Made by a program: the position numbers and the translations under genes
In this document: positions 41,157 through 49,957 of the stretch, piece by piece
How positions within the stretch are numbered: the stretch's first letter is position 1
Layout: each line of letters starts with the position of its first letter
Assembly (NCBI GenBank): GCA_965116925.1
Contig: OZ220744.1
Span: 160,001-224,000 of the forward strand
Reading direction: 5' to 3'
DNA: 64,000 bases
Source: Candidatus Poribacteria bacterium
GTDB taxonomy: Bacteria; Poribacteria; WGA-4E; PCPOR2b
The notes under the pieces: model-generated
The model's database searches: none
The model's input: only the letters and a program-made list of their open reading frames with translations
What the model was told of the DNA's origin: nothing

Positions 41157-41969
41157 CTAATGAACTATTGAACCTCTGACCGTTTCACACTTAACCTCGC
41201 CAGCATTAACCCCCAACCCCCGGCGATACGCTTCTAACGACACGAGATCAGCGGGTGCGACGTTGCCTAAGTTGACCTCTCGACCATATCGATCGATCAA
41301 TTGGCGACGAAGGTGATGAATGCCATGTGCAGTCACCCCAGCGATCCACGGCCCGGGCAACTCAAACATCACGTTCTCCAACCCGACCAGTTCCACAACT
41401 GCCTCAACGGCCTGTGCCGTGTCAACGTCTTCGCTGACCAACTCAGCAGCCTCTAAAAGTACAAGTGTTGCGCCAGCGTCGAGGCACCCCTGTGCATCGT
41501 CAGGAAAGGGGATTTCGCTTGCAAGCCCCTCCTTCTTCCCGACCTCACCCATAACCTGCAAACCGTGTTCATCGACCGCTTGACGAATCATCTTCCGCTT
41601 CCACTCAACCGAAACGGCTCCTAGGTTATCCGATACCTCAACCCAGCGATAACCCGCCTCAACGATCGCAGGAAAGTAGAGATCCGCCTTCCCGGACACC
41701 TCTGCGTATTCGAGAAACATACCTCCCGCAAATGGCTCAATCCGGTGTTCCCGATACTTTTTCAACTTCCCTGCCAGTAGGTCATTTGACAACAGGCGGG
41801 AGATACCGACGGCGATTTTTGCGAAGTCAAAGTGATCTGCCCCAGTCTCGATCAGGTCCGCCTGTTCGTGCATTCCAATGCCCCAATCGATAACCATCGT
41901 CAGGCCACAATCTCTCGGTTTCCCTTGTCGCTCAATTCCATCAATCCCTTCAAAGAAATGTGGACTCAT
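41157..41969 (-). CDS. comA: Phosphosulfolactate synthase (ComA) family protein
   Basis: KPRDCGLTMVIDWG, EVSD, EVGKK, VNLGNV...LEAYRRGL. Confidence 0.85.
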   Translation of the reverse strand: MSPHFFEGIDGIERQGKPRDCGLTMVIDWGIGMHEQADLIETGADHFDFAKIAVGISRLLSNDLLAGKLKKYREHRIEPFAGGMFLEYAEVSGKADLYFPAIVEAGYRWVEVSDNLGAVSVEWKRKMIRQAVDEHGLQVMGEVGKKEGLASEIPFPDDAQGCLDAGATLVLLEAAELVSEDVDTAQAVEAVVELVGLENVMFELPGPWIAGVTAHGIHHLRRQLIDRYGREVNLGNVAPADLVSLEAYRRGLGVNAGEVKCETVRGSIVH

Positions 41970-42012
41970 TTGCCTTATCCTCCGTTACACCTAAAAACTT
42001 GGGACTAAGCCC

Positions 42013-42117
42013 GTAGGTTGGGTTGAACGCAACCGATGAAAAACACCTACCATCACGCAACGATTACGGGACGTGATTCCGGTTCCAATCCCACAAGTTC
42101 AGTGAACCCCAACTCTT
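42013..42117 (+). repeat. Long-spacer GTAG-REP, family D
   Basis: gtaggttgggttgaac.caaccgatgaaaaacacc...aacc(c)caactctt; second copy at 53501-53605. Confidence 0.8.
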
Positions 42118-42126
42118 ATAGGATTC

Positions 42127-42257
42127 GCTCATGTTAAGATTTAGTGCAAAGAAACCGAATATTCGTAGGGGTTGGGTCCCCCAACCCTTACGGCGGGCGG
42201 GGAGACCCCGCCCCTACGATTTCGCTTCGTGTTTTGCACTTTCTTTTTACATGAGCC
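42127..42257. repeat. MITE family E (GCTCATGT...ACATGAGC ends) carrying a GTAG...CTAC REP doublet
   Basis: Flanks match the reverse complement of 60526-60616; the core at 42165-42217 differs. Confidence 0.8.
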
Positions 42258-42259
42258 AT

Positions 42260-42359
42260 AGGACTTACGCAGCGCGTTCATAAGTCCCCCTGATAAGGGG
42301 GATTTAGGGGGTTAAAAATCAAAAATCTACCCCCTGTGTGCTAAATTTGCGTAAGTCCT
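42260..42359. repeat. MITE family B, complete, with perfect 12-bp terminal inverted repeats
   Basis: AGGACTTACGCA...TGCGTAAGTCCT enclosing the CCCCCTGATAAGGGGG hairpin. Confidence 0.85.
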
Positions 42360-42366
42360 GAATAAC

Positions 42367-43776
42367 TTATCTCCCTTCTGCAAACTCAGGTCTTCCCAGC
42401 GCATCAGTCTTTTCCTGACGTTCATAGTGCTGTAGTTCACCGCCAGCATCCGCCAAGATCCGTTCCCGCGCAAGTGCGAGCCGATCTCCCGCACTCGCTG
42501 CAATGTTATGCTGACACGTCGGATCCGCTTCTAGATCAAAGAGACGCGAATTTTGGAAATCCACACCACTGAAGAACCAATTCTTTGAATCTTTATACCA
42601 AACCGAGTTACCATAGCGGCAGGTCAAATACTCCCGCTCCTCAAATTCACTACCTCCCTCTATTAGTGGAAGTAGACTTTGCCCCTCTATCTTGCCGATC
42701 GGTTCGACACCGGCGGATGCAATGACAGTGGCCGGTACATCCAAACTGTAGACAAGCTCATCGCGTGTGCTTCCAGCCGCTACCCCTGACGGGTGGCGTA
42801 GCAGCATAGGGATGTCCATCGTTCCCGGATACATGAAATCCGCCGGTTTTCCGGTAACACGATCGGGATTTTCACCGAAGTTGGTCCCGTGATCGGCTAG
42901 AAATATCACGAGCGTATTCTCTTTCAGTCCTAACCTGTCGATGGTATTAATCAATTTCCCAAACCATGTATCGACCATCGTTACCAAGCCGGCATAATTT
43001 GCCCGAATGCTAGGCAGACGCTCTTCGACTTCGGGATTACGATCAAGTGGTCCATAGGGAGCAGAGAGATAGATCGGTTCTCGGTCTTCTCGACTTCCAT
43101 AGAGGTCGTAGTAGTGAAGCGGTGCTTCCCAAGTTTCATGCGGTGTGAAGCTATCAATGTACAGATAAAACGGGGAGTTGTTATAATTCTGCTCGACAAA
43201 TTTTATCGCAGCCCGAAACGTGCGTGCCGTGGGCCATGTCTCTTCTGCCCGTTCCGGCTGCACGTTGACTAGATGCGCCCGAATCCGATCCGGACCCCCA
43301 CGGTAGCGCGATAGCAGCGTCTCATCCGCATGTGCTATAGCGTTGTACCGATCTTCCGCTTGACCACGGATAAACTCCCACTGCCGAAATCCACGCGTAA
43401 AATTCATCCCCGGCACAAAATAATGGGGGACATCCGCAAAGAAACCGGTGTGATAATTCTGACGGACAAGTGCCTCCGCTATCGTGCTTTCGTCGGACGA
43501 TAACGGCTGCCAACCCGGGATATAGACATTATCCCAAGGTACAGGACGATAATTCCGAAATGGGAACGCCCGTCGACCACTATGCAAGGTGCGACGCGTC
43601 GGAATTGTTGGCAGACATTCTGGATGTGCGTTTGTAAATCGCACACTATCTTGGGCGAACCTGTCCAGATTGGGGGTATGAATCCATTTATTCCCATACG
43701 CTCCCAGGTACGCTGTCCTAAGCGTATCCGAAACCACAACCATGATATTCCAACCTGATGCCGCTTGTTCAGTCAT
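42367..43776 (-). CDS. Sulfatase-like hydrolase (alkaline phosphatase superfamily)
   Basis: NIMVVVSDTLR, HTPNLDRFA, TPHETW, FLADHG; variant signature CLPTIPTRRTLHSG. Confidence 0.85.
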   Translation of the reverse strand: MTEQAASGWNIMVVVSDTLRTAYLGAYGNKWIHTPNLDRFAQDSVRFTNAHPECLPTIPTRRTLHSGRRAFPFRNYRPVPWDNVYIPGWQPLSSDESTIAEALVRQNYHTGFFADVPHYFVPGMNFTRGFRQWEFIRGQAEDRYNAIAHADETLLSRYRGGPDRIRAHLVNVQPERAEETWPTARTFRAAIKFVEQNYNNSPFYLYIDSFTPHETWEAPLHYYDLYGSREDREPIYLSAPYGPLDRNPEVEERLPSIRANYAGLVTMVDTWFGKLINTIDRLGLKENTLVIFLADHGTNFGENPDRVTGKPADFMYPGTMDIPMLLRHPSGVAAGSTRDELVYSLDVPATVIASAGVEPIGKIEGQSLLPLIEGGSEFEEREYLTCRYGNSVWYKDSKNWFFSGVDFQNSRLFDLEADPTCQHNIAASAGDRLALARERILADAGGELQHYERQEKTDALGRPEFAEGR

Positions 43777-43821
43777 AACCTCACCTCATTTATTTGCCAA
43801 TCATCAGCGTAAGGATCGCCG

Positions 43822-44706
43822 CTAACCAATAGTTACACCAATTTCCCGGCCAACATGCCGAATATACTGCTGACCTGCAATTGTCTCTAGCTCAGGGAAA
43901 TGCTCTACATGGACCGGAACATCGGTGTCTAAGGCATCTAACCGCTGGAGTATTGTCGCATAGTCCATCATACCGGTACCCGGTACGGCTTCATCCACAC
44001 GACTAATAATGCTAATCGGTTTCGCCGACCACATTGTAGCATCTTTTGCGTGCATCGTGACAATTTTATCCCCAATCCCATCAAAAATCTCATTGATAAA
44101 GTCCGTCATTCTAAGAAACATATGGGGACCTGTCATATTCACGGGGTCGAAAAGGGCCTTCAGGCGCGGGGAGGGAACGGCATCAAAGAGTTCCTGGTAG
44201 CGCTCGACAGAATAGACCGGCGTAATGATGTGAGGGTGTATTGCTACATCTGTTTCATATTCTTCCGCATAGGGCATGAGCTCCTCGACCGCACCGATGC
44301 ACCGTTGCCACGTCTCCTCAGACCACATTGCAGGAATGGTGCCACCCCGCTCCGCAAAGGTTTTTGGCATCTCGTCAATCCAGATTCTACCTATGAGTAC
44401 CGCACAGGCGATGCAGTGCGCGCCTATGATGTGGGCATGGCGCAATTGACGACGATGCCCTTCAATGGCAGCTCGGTACTCAGCCGGATCCGCAGAGCCA
44501 AATCCCCCCTGATGCCCACTAAACTCGCCGACTCGGATGCCGTGATCATCAAGGAACCGCTTGGCTTCCTCAACATCCGCATCGCTCCAATCAGCAGGCG
44601 TGTTTGTAGTCACAGTCTTAACTTCCATTAGCTTAACTTTTTGGAGGAAAGCAGCTCGTTCCTCCGATGTCTTTCCCAAGCGCACAGACGGACTCATTAA
44701 AATCAT
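43822..44706 (-). CDS. Sugar phosphate isomerase/epimerase (AP endonuclease 2 TIM barrel)
   Basis: FDPVN, HAKD, PGTGMMDY and VEH metal-binding motifs. Confidence 0.85.
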   Translation of the reverse strand: MILMSPSVRLGKTSEERAAFLQKVKLMEVKTVTTNTPADWSDADVEEAKRFLDDHGIRVGEFSGHQGGFGSADPAEYRAAIEGHRRQLRHAHIIGAHCIACAVLIGRIWIDEMPKTFAERGGTIPAMWSEETWQRCIGAVEELMPYAEEYETDVAIHPHIITPVYSVERYQELFDAVPSPRLKALFDPVNMTGPHMFLRMTDFINEIFDGIGDKIVTMHAKDATMWSAKPISIISRVDEAVPGTGMMDYATILQRLDALDTDVPVHVEHFPELETIAGQQYIRHVGREIGVTIG

Positions 44707-44889
44707 TTGACACCTCAGTTAATATCTGCCGAAATATAATTGCGTATGAACCCCACTTTAATCAAAAAAGAAAAGCCTCCTGAAATCGATATACGATGAT
44801 TCAATCGGAAATCAGGAGGCAAATAATCAGAAGATCCCGTATTACTTTTAGGGAACAACGATCGTTGTTCCTCACAATTTGGATAAGAT

Positions 44890-45690
44890 TTAGTAATTAC
44901 GTTTGAGTTTACCCCATGTCGTTGATAGCTTGCCTACGCCCGGCTCGACCGCTAACGGTTTGAAGGGCGCATCTGGCACCTCTTCCCATGTCGCACCATC
45001 GATTAAACCGTGATGCTCAAAAGCGGACGAATCCTTAGCTTCGCCACCGTTTCCTTCATTAAGGTGCAGGAGGAGAACCGTATTGCGATCCCGCTCTTCA
45101 AACTCGGTCGTCGGTCTTGGAAAATTGGCGGCTGGGTATCTGGGAATGTTGGAAATCCGGACTTCATCGATTAACCCGGTAAACGCTTCATTCCACTGAG
45201 GAAGCCAACCGATATAAACATCAGACAGAGATGTGTTAATATCCCCCGGATCTTCGATTTCATCTTTCAACTTGCCATCAACGTGGAGCAGGTAGGCACG
45301 ACCATCGAAGGACAGCGCAACGTGGGTCCATCTCTCTAAACTGACTCTGCCTGAGCCTTCCCAACTCCATTGAGCAGCGTTGACCGCCCCTTGGTAAGCA
45401 CCCCCATCGTTGAGGAGAGCGTGCATCCAGGTATCTGCCTTCCCGGTAATCATCATTCTCCCGCCGCCTGAATCTAGGGCAGTGGCATAAATCCATGCTT
45501 CGAGCGTTAGCTTATCTGCAAGGTTTAATTCCTCGCTGTGGTCAACAATGATCCGTGTTCCTTTCTCTCCATTATCCTTTTTTGCATCAAACTTGAGTGC
45601 AAAGTTCTTTGGCGCAGCAAAACTAACTTGCGTCAATGCGAACGCAAATACAAGAACTAAGGCTATAGAGATTATTCGCCCTTTTCTCAT
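44890..45690 (-). CDS. Secreted LamG-like jellyroll protein with conserved C-terminal tail
   Basis: Signal peptide; LTLEAWI, WTHVALSFDG, FTGLIDEVRIS; ends AVEPGVGKLSTTWGKLKRNY. Confidence 0.85.
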   Translation of the reverse strand: MRKGRIISIALVLVFAFALTQVSFAAPKNFALKFDAKKDNGEKGTRIIVDHSEELNLADKLTLEAWIYATALDSGGGRMMITGKADTWMHALLNDGGAYQGAVNAAQWSWEGSGRVSLERWTHVALSFDGRAYLLHVDGKLKDEIEDPGDINTSLSDVYIGWLPQWNEAFTGLIDEVRISNIPRYPAANFPRPTTEFEERDRNTVLLLHLNEGNGGEAKDSSAFEHHGLIDGATWEEVPDAPFKPLAVEPGVGKLSTTWGKLKRNY

Positions 45691-45958
45691 CGTAACATCC
45701 TTCCTTATTATATAGTTTTGGATTTTGATGGAATACTACCATAACTTCCACGACTGTAGCCCCAAATCCTATCTTTTTTGCTTCAATCGCCGCGGATTGC
45801 AACAATTTATAAAATTGGGTGACAACAGATCCAATTTTGACGTAACTTTGACGTAACATTGCATAATTAGAAAAGCTCGTGGAAAGACAGTTTCAATAGC
45901 ATAAACATATTAACATTTTTCTGCTAAACAAGTCAAGCGCAAAGAAATCACTTTTGCG

Positions 45959-45987
45959 TTGACATCCAATTCTTTTGTGGATACACT
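45959..45987 (+). promoter_or_regulatory. Sigma70-type promoter of the LamG operon
   Basis: TTGACA-N17-TACACT. Confidence 0.6.
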
Positions 45988-46061
45988 GTAAAGGTTATTG
46001 GATTTAGGTCAACACGTCGGTGTACGTACTTTGCGGATTGATATACAAGGAGGCACTGAAT

Positions 46062-46916
46062 ATGAATACTTTCATGAATAGGGTAGGTAGGGTTGGACTC
46101 GGCTTAATTATTATCGGTTTAATGTTGACAGGTGTGAGCGATGCTAGGTTGACAGGACCGGAGCTTCTAGAAGCCGCTGTTGCGATATGGACCTTTGAGG
46201 GAACGGAAAGAAATAAAGATAACGATCCTTTTGTCAAGGATGTTTCTAGCAACGGTCATGATGCGGTGATGATGAATAAACCCTCATTGGTTGAGGGACA
46301 ATTCGGTAAAGCAGTAGAGTTTAATGCCGGCAGAAAAAATTACTTGGAAGTGCCACACCATGAGGATTTCGATCTTGATGAAGCCATCTCGATTTCGGTT
46401 TGGGTCAAGCGACCACCGCGCTTACAAGCACTCGATACCGCACCCTATTTTATTCTCGAAAAGGGCGGAGAATGGCAACACGGTCGACCAACTTTTGGAA
46501 TAGCCCTGCATAAGGTTTTTAACAACATGTTCTATTTCTGGTATAAGGGTGGATTCCAAGGAGTACACGGGATAAAGGATGATCAGTGGCACCACTACGT
46601 TGTTGTTGCCAAAGATGGAGAAAGAGACCCCGCCATATATATTGATGGAGAATTAAAAGAGGTTGAAATTCGAGATGGTCAGCGGGTAATCGCGTTGGAA
46701 CCTTCACCGGGGCGTGCACTACACATCGGAGCAGCGTTGCCCGAACGATTCGATTCGTGGACCAATAACACCATAGATGATCTTGCCATCTTTAACGTTG
46801 CATTGAGTCAAGCGGATGTTGAACGGCTTGGGAAAGGGATTGATAACTCAATCTTCGCAGTTTCTCCATTGGGCAAACTTGCCACAACATGGGCTGCACT
46901 TAAACAGAGTCGATGA
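46062..46916 (+). CDS. Secreted LamG-like jellyroll protein
   Basis: Signal peptide; AIWTFE, GQFGKAVEF, ISISVWVK, WHHYVVV, IDDLAIFNVAL; ends AVSPLGKLATTWAALK; RBS AGGAGG. Confidence 0.88.
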   Translation: MNTFMNRVGRVGLGLIIIGLMLTGVSDARLTGPELLEAAVAIWTFEGTERNKDNDPFVKDVSSNGHDAVMMNKPSLVEGQFGKAVEFNAGRKNYLEVPHHEDFDLDEAISISVWVKRPPRLQALDTAPYFILEKGGEWQHGRPTFGIALHKVFNNMFYFWYKGGFQGVHGIKDDQWHHYVVVAKDGERDPAIYIDGELKEVEIRDGQRVIALEPSPGRALHIGAALPERFDSWTNNTIDDLAIFNVALSQADVERLGKGIDNSIFAVSPLGKLATTWAALKQSR

Positions 46917-46943
46917 GTTAGGGAAAAAGGAATTACGCAAATT

Positions 46944-47783
46944 ATGAGAACTTCTTTGACAAAGTTCAGCACAATCGGTATCAGCCTGATCGTCCTGAAC
47001 ACAGTATTCACAACGGTCAGCGATGCTCAGTTGACGGGACGTAAATTTCTGGAGAAAGCCGTTGCAATATGGACCTTTGAAGAAGCTGGTATGAAGGGCA
47101 TCCCAGATATTACCGGCAACGGTCATGATGCTAAACTGATAAATAAACCTGCACTCGTTGATGGGAAATTCGGTAGAGCTATAGAGTTTAGTGACACCAG
47201 AAAAAACTACCTGGAGGTGCCGGACGATGTAGGCTTAAACCTTGAGGAGGTCATCTCGATTTCGGTATGGGTGAAACGACCACCACGGCTACAGGCGACC
47301 GATGTGGCACCTTATTTCATTCTACATAGGGGGGCAGAATGGCAATGGCACGGTGCAGGATACGGTATTGCACTCCACAAAGTTTTTAACAATATGTTCT
47401 ATTTCTGGTATGACGGTGGATTTCAAGGAGCCAGTGGTATAAAGGACGATCAGTGGCACCACTATGTCGTTGTTGCCAAAGACGGAGAGAGGGCACCAAC
47501 ACTCTATATTGATGGCGAGTCGAAGCCTATTGAACACGGCGATGGGGTGAAGAAAATGAGATTGGCACCACCTCACGGACAGTCGATATACATCGGGGCG
47601 TTGTTGCCAGCGCGATTTGACTCGTTCAGTAAAAGCATTATGGATGAACTAGCTATATTCAATGTTGCATTGACCGATACGGATGTAAAACAGCTCGGAA
47701 AAGGGCTTGATATAGCAATCTTCGCGGTTTCTCCATCGGGGAAGCTCGCTACATCGTGGGCTGCGATGAAAAGTGGTCATTGA
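46944..47783 (+). CDS. Secreted LamG-like jellyroll protein, tandem paralog of the previous gene
   Basis: Long blocks identical to 46062-46916; ends AVSPSGKLATSWAAMK. Confidence 0.88.
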   Translation: MRTSLTKFSTIGISLIVLNTVFTTVSDAQLTGRKFLEKAVAIWTFEEAGMKGIPDITGNGHDAKLINKPALVDGKFGRAIEFSDTRKNYLEVPDDVGLNLEEVISISVWVKRPPRLQATDVAPYFILHRGAEWQWHGAGYGIALHKVFNNMFYFWYDGGFQGASGIKDDQWHHYVVVAKDGERAPTLYIDGESKPIEHGDGVKKMRLAPPHGQSIYIGALLPARFDSFSKSIMDELAIFNVALTDTDVKQLGKGLDIAIFAVSPSGKLATSWAAMKSGH

Positions 47784-47816
47784 CCTCTAGCCTTTGCCCA
47801 AAAAGGATATTTTCAA

Positions 47817-48668
47817 ATGAAATATAGAAACAGAATTGCGGTTTACTGCACGGTTTTTGTTTTGGGGCTCACTAGCTTGCCCGCAGGCGCACAGAAGAAG
47901 GTTATTCCCGGTGCAATAATCCACCTCGATGCCAGTGAGCAGAATCGGCGGGAAATTGCTTGGAGAAACCTCGGCGTAGCCGGCGGAAAAATGCCAGCCG
48001 ACAATGAGGTGCCTGAATTTGAAGAGGGGAAAATCAGAATACCTGCACTCGGTATCAATGAGGATGCAAAATGGTATACTGCTACACGAAAGTCAGAAAC
48101 TTTTGGGGGACCTCCGGATCTGCTCCCCAAACTGCAACTTGAGGATTGGACGATGGAGGTCCTCATCAAACGCAACGGGCCCAAATGGCCTGATCTGGTT
48201 GTTGCTTCCCAAGTTCTTGGATTCAGATCTCGTGACAGAGAATTACAACACCTTCAGGTTTCCCTCAACGGACCGGATACCGGCGAACTCATCGCACGGT
48301 TTAAGGGTAGAGCGAATAATAAGGGGAAATGGTTAATCCCGGAAGATCTCGGCATCGATATTAAGAAAAAGGAGTGGCACTGGATCGCGTTTGTCTTCAC
48401 CGATCAGAAAATGGTTGAAACTTACCAAGATGGCGAAAAGGTTGGGCAGGTTGAAATGGATCAAGATTATGATCCTGAAGAGCCTATGTGGCTTTCAATA
48501 TTTACCTCTCATGACAGGGATCGAAACTTCAACGGCTCAATCGCTATCCTTCGTATTTACGACAGACCGTTGAGTAGAGACGAGCTGCTCCAAAACATCA
48601 CAGGTAAACTATCAGTTGAACCAACCGACAAATTGACGACGACTTGGGCACGAGTAAAGACGCACTGA
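47817..48668 (+). CDS. Secreted LamG-like jellyroll protein
   Basis: Signal peptide; IHLDAS...WRNLG, WHWIAFVF, FNGSIAILRIYDRPLS; ends SVEPTDKLTTTWARVK. Confidence 0.85.
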   Translation: MKYRNRIAVYCTVFVLGLTSLPAGAQKKVIPGAIIHLDASEQNRREIAWRNLGVAGGKMPADNEVPEFEEGKIRIPALGINEDAKWYTATRKSETFGGPPDLLPKLQLEDWTMEVLIKRNGPKWPDLVVASQVLGFRSRDRELQHLQVSLNGPDTGELIARFKGRANNKGKWLIPEDLGIDIKKKEWHWIAFVFTDQKMVETYQDGEKVGQVEMDQDYDPEEPMWLSIFTSHDRDRNFNGSIAILRIYDRPLSRDELLQNITGKLSVEPTDKLTTTWARVKTH

Positions 48669-48695
48669 TACTACTTCAGCCTATTAGCCATTTTT

Positions 48696-48729
48696 GTAGG
48701 GGCAACCCTTGTGGTTGCCCTGTCCCTAC
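48696..48729. repeat. GTAG-REP palindrome between convergent genes
   Basis: GTAGGGGCAACCcttgtGGTTGCCCtgtccCTAC. Confidence 0.7.
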
Positions 48730-48737
48730 TTTGTCTC

Positions 48738-49871
48738 CTACCAATTCGTAAACGCTCCATCAGGCCGACGCAACTGCGGTGCATCAACCTCACGGTACGG
48801 ATTAGCCAGTGCCGCCGCCTCATCAAATTCAATCCCCAACCCCGGACTTGTCGGTGGTAGGAGATAACCATCCTCCCATTCCAACTGCACCGGGAAGACA
48901 TCGGGCAGCGTTGTCCCCGGTTTGCTTGGGAGCTCTTGCACCCCGAAGTTCGTCGAAGCGAGGTCGAGGTGCAGACACGCCGCCGTCGAAACAGGACCGA
49001 GCGGATTGTGTGGTGCCAAATCAATATAATGCGCTTCACACCAACCGGCAATCTTCTTCGCTTCTGTAATTCCACCAACAATACAGAGATCAATCCGTGC
49101 ATACTGCATCAGTTCCTGCTCAACCAACTCACGGAATTCCCACTTCGTGGCGTACTGCTCTCCCACCGCCAACGGCACAGCAACGTGACGCGCTAGCTGA
49201 TGGTATGTGGACATATTTTCAGAGCGCAACGGATCCTCAATAAAATAGGGACGATAACCCTCCAAAGCACGGCAGAGCGGAATCACATGGGGCGGATCTA
49301 GCCGCGTGTGCACGTCAATCAAAATCTCAATCTCCTCCCCAACAGCGTCCCGAACTGCCTCACACTGCTTGATGGTTTCCCGGACCGCCCACGATGGATC
49401 AAGAACATCCCCCTGCTGCGGGACACCCCAACGCACAAATTTCCACCCATCTTCCACGAGTGACCGTGCGTGTTCAGCGAGTTGTTCAGCGGAATTGCCG
49501 ACAGCGTGAGGATAACACACCGCCTTCTGACGAACAAGCCCACCGAGCAGATCATAGACGGGCACACCCAAAACTTTCCCACGAATATCCCACAGCGCGA
49601 TGTCTATAGCACTGATCGCAGAGCAAGCAATCCGCCCGGCAGGAAAAAAACCACCCCGAAACATCACCTGCCACAGGTGTTCGATGCGCCGTGGATCCTC
49701 GCCGATTAAGACGGATTTGAGGTGGTTGACGCATTCCGTCGCCGCGAGTTCCCGCCAAGTGATCCCACCTTCACCGATTCCATAAATACCCTCATCGGTT
49801 TCGACCTTGACAAAGAAGAAATTCCGAGCACCTCCCCATACCGGCAAAGGCTTTATATCTGTAATTTTCAT
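48738..49871 (-). CDS. Mandelate racemase/enolase-superfamily dehydratase (galactonate dehydratase-like)
   Basis: FVKVETDEGIYGIGE, SAIDIALWDIRGK, DVHTR, FIEDP, GEQ, APHNPLGP. Confidence 0.88.
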   Translation of the reverse strand: MKITDIKPLPVWGGARNFFFVKVETDEGIYGIGEGGITWRELAATECVNHLKSVLIGEDPRRIEHLWQVMFRGGFFPAGRIACSAISAIDIALWDIRGKVLGVPVYDLLGGLVRQKAVCYPHAVGNSAEQLAEHARSLVEDGWKFVRWGVPQQGDVLDPSWAVRETIKQCEAVRDAVGEEIEILIDVHTRLDPPHVIPLCRALEGYRPYFIEDPLRSENMSTYHQLARHVAVPLAVGEQYATKWEFRELVEQELMQYARIDLCIVGGITEAKKIAGWCEAHYIDLAPHNPLGPVSTAACLHLDLASTNFGVQELPSKPGTTLPDVFPVQLEWEDGYLLPPTSPGLGIEFDEAAALANPYREVDAPQLRRPDGAFTNW

Positions 49872-49957
49872 TTTTACCCTTTCTATATAACTTGTGTGAG
49901 CTGCAAGAAATGAATCAATGAACAAGTTGTTTTCACGTTTCACGAATCACGTTTGTC

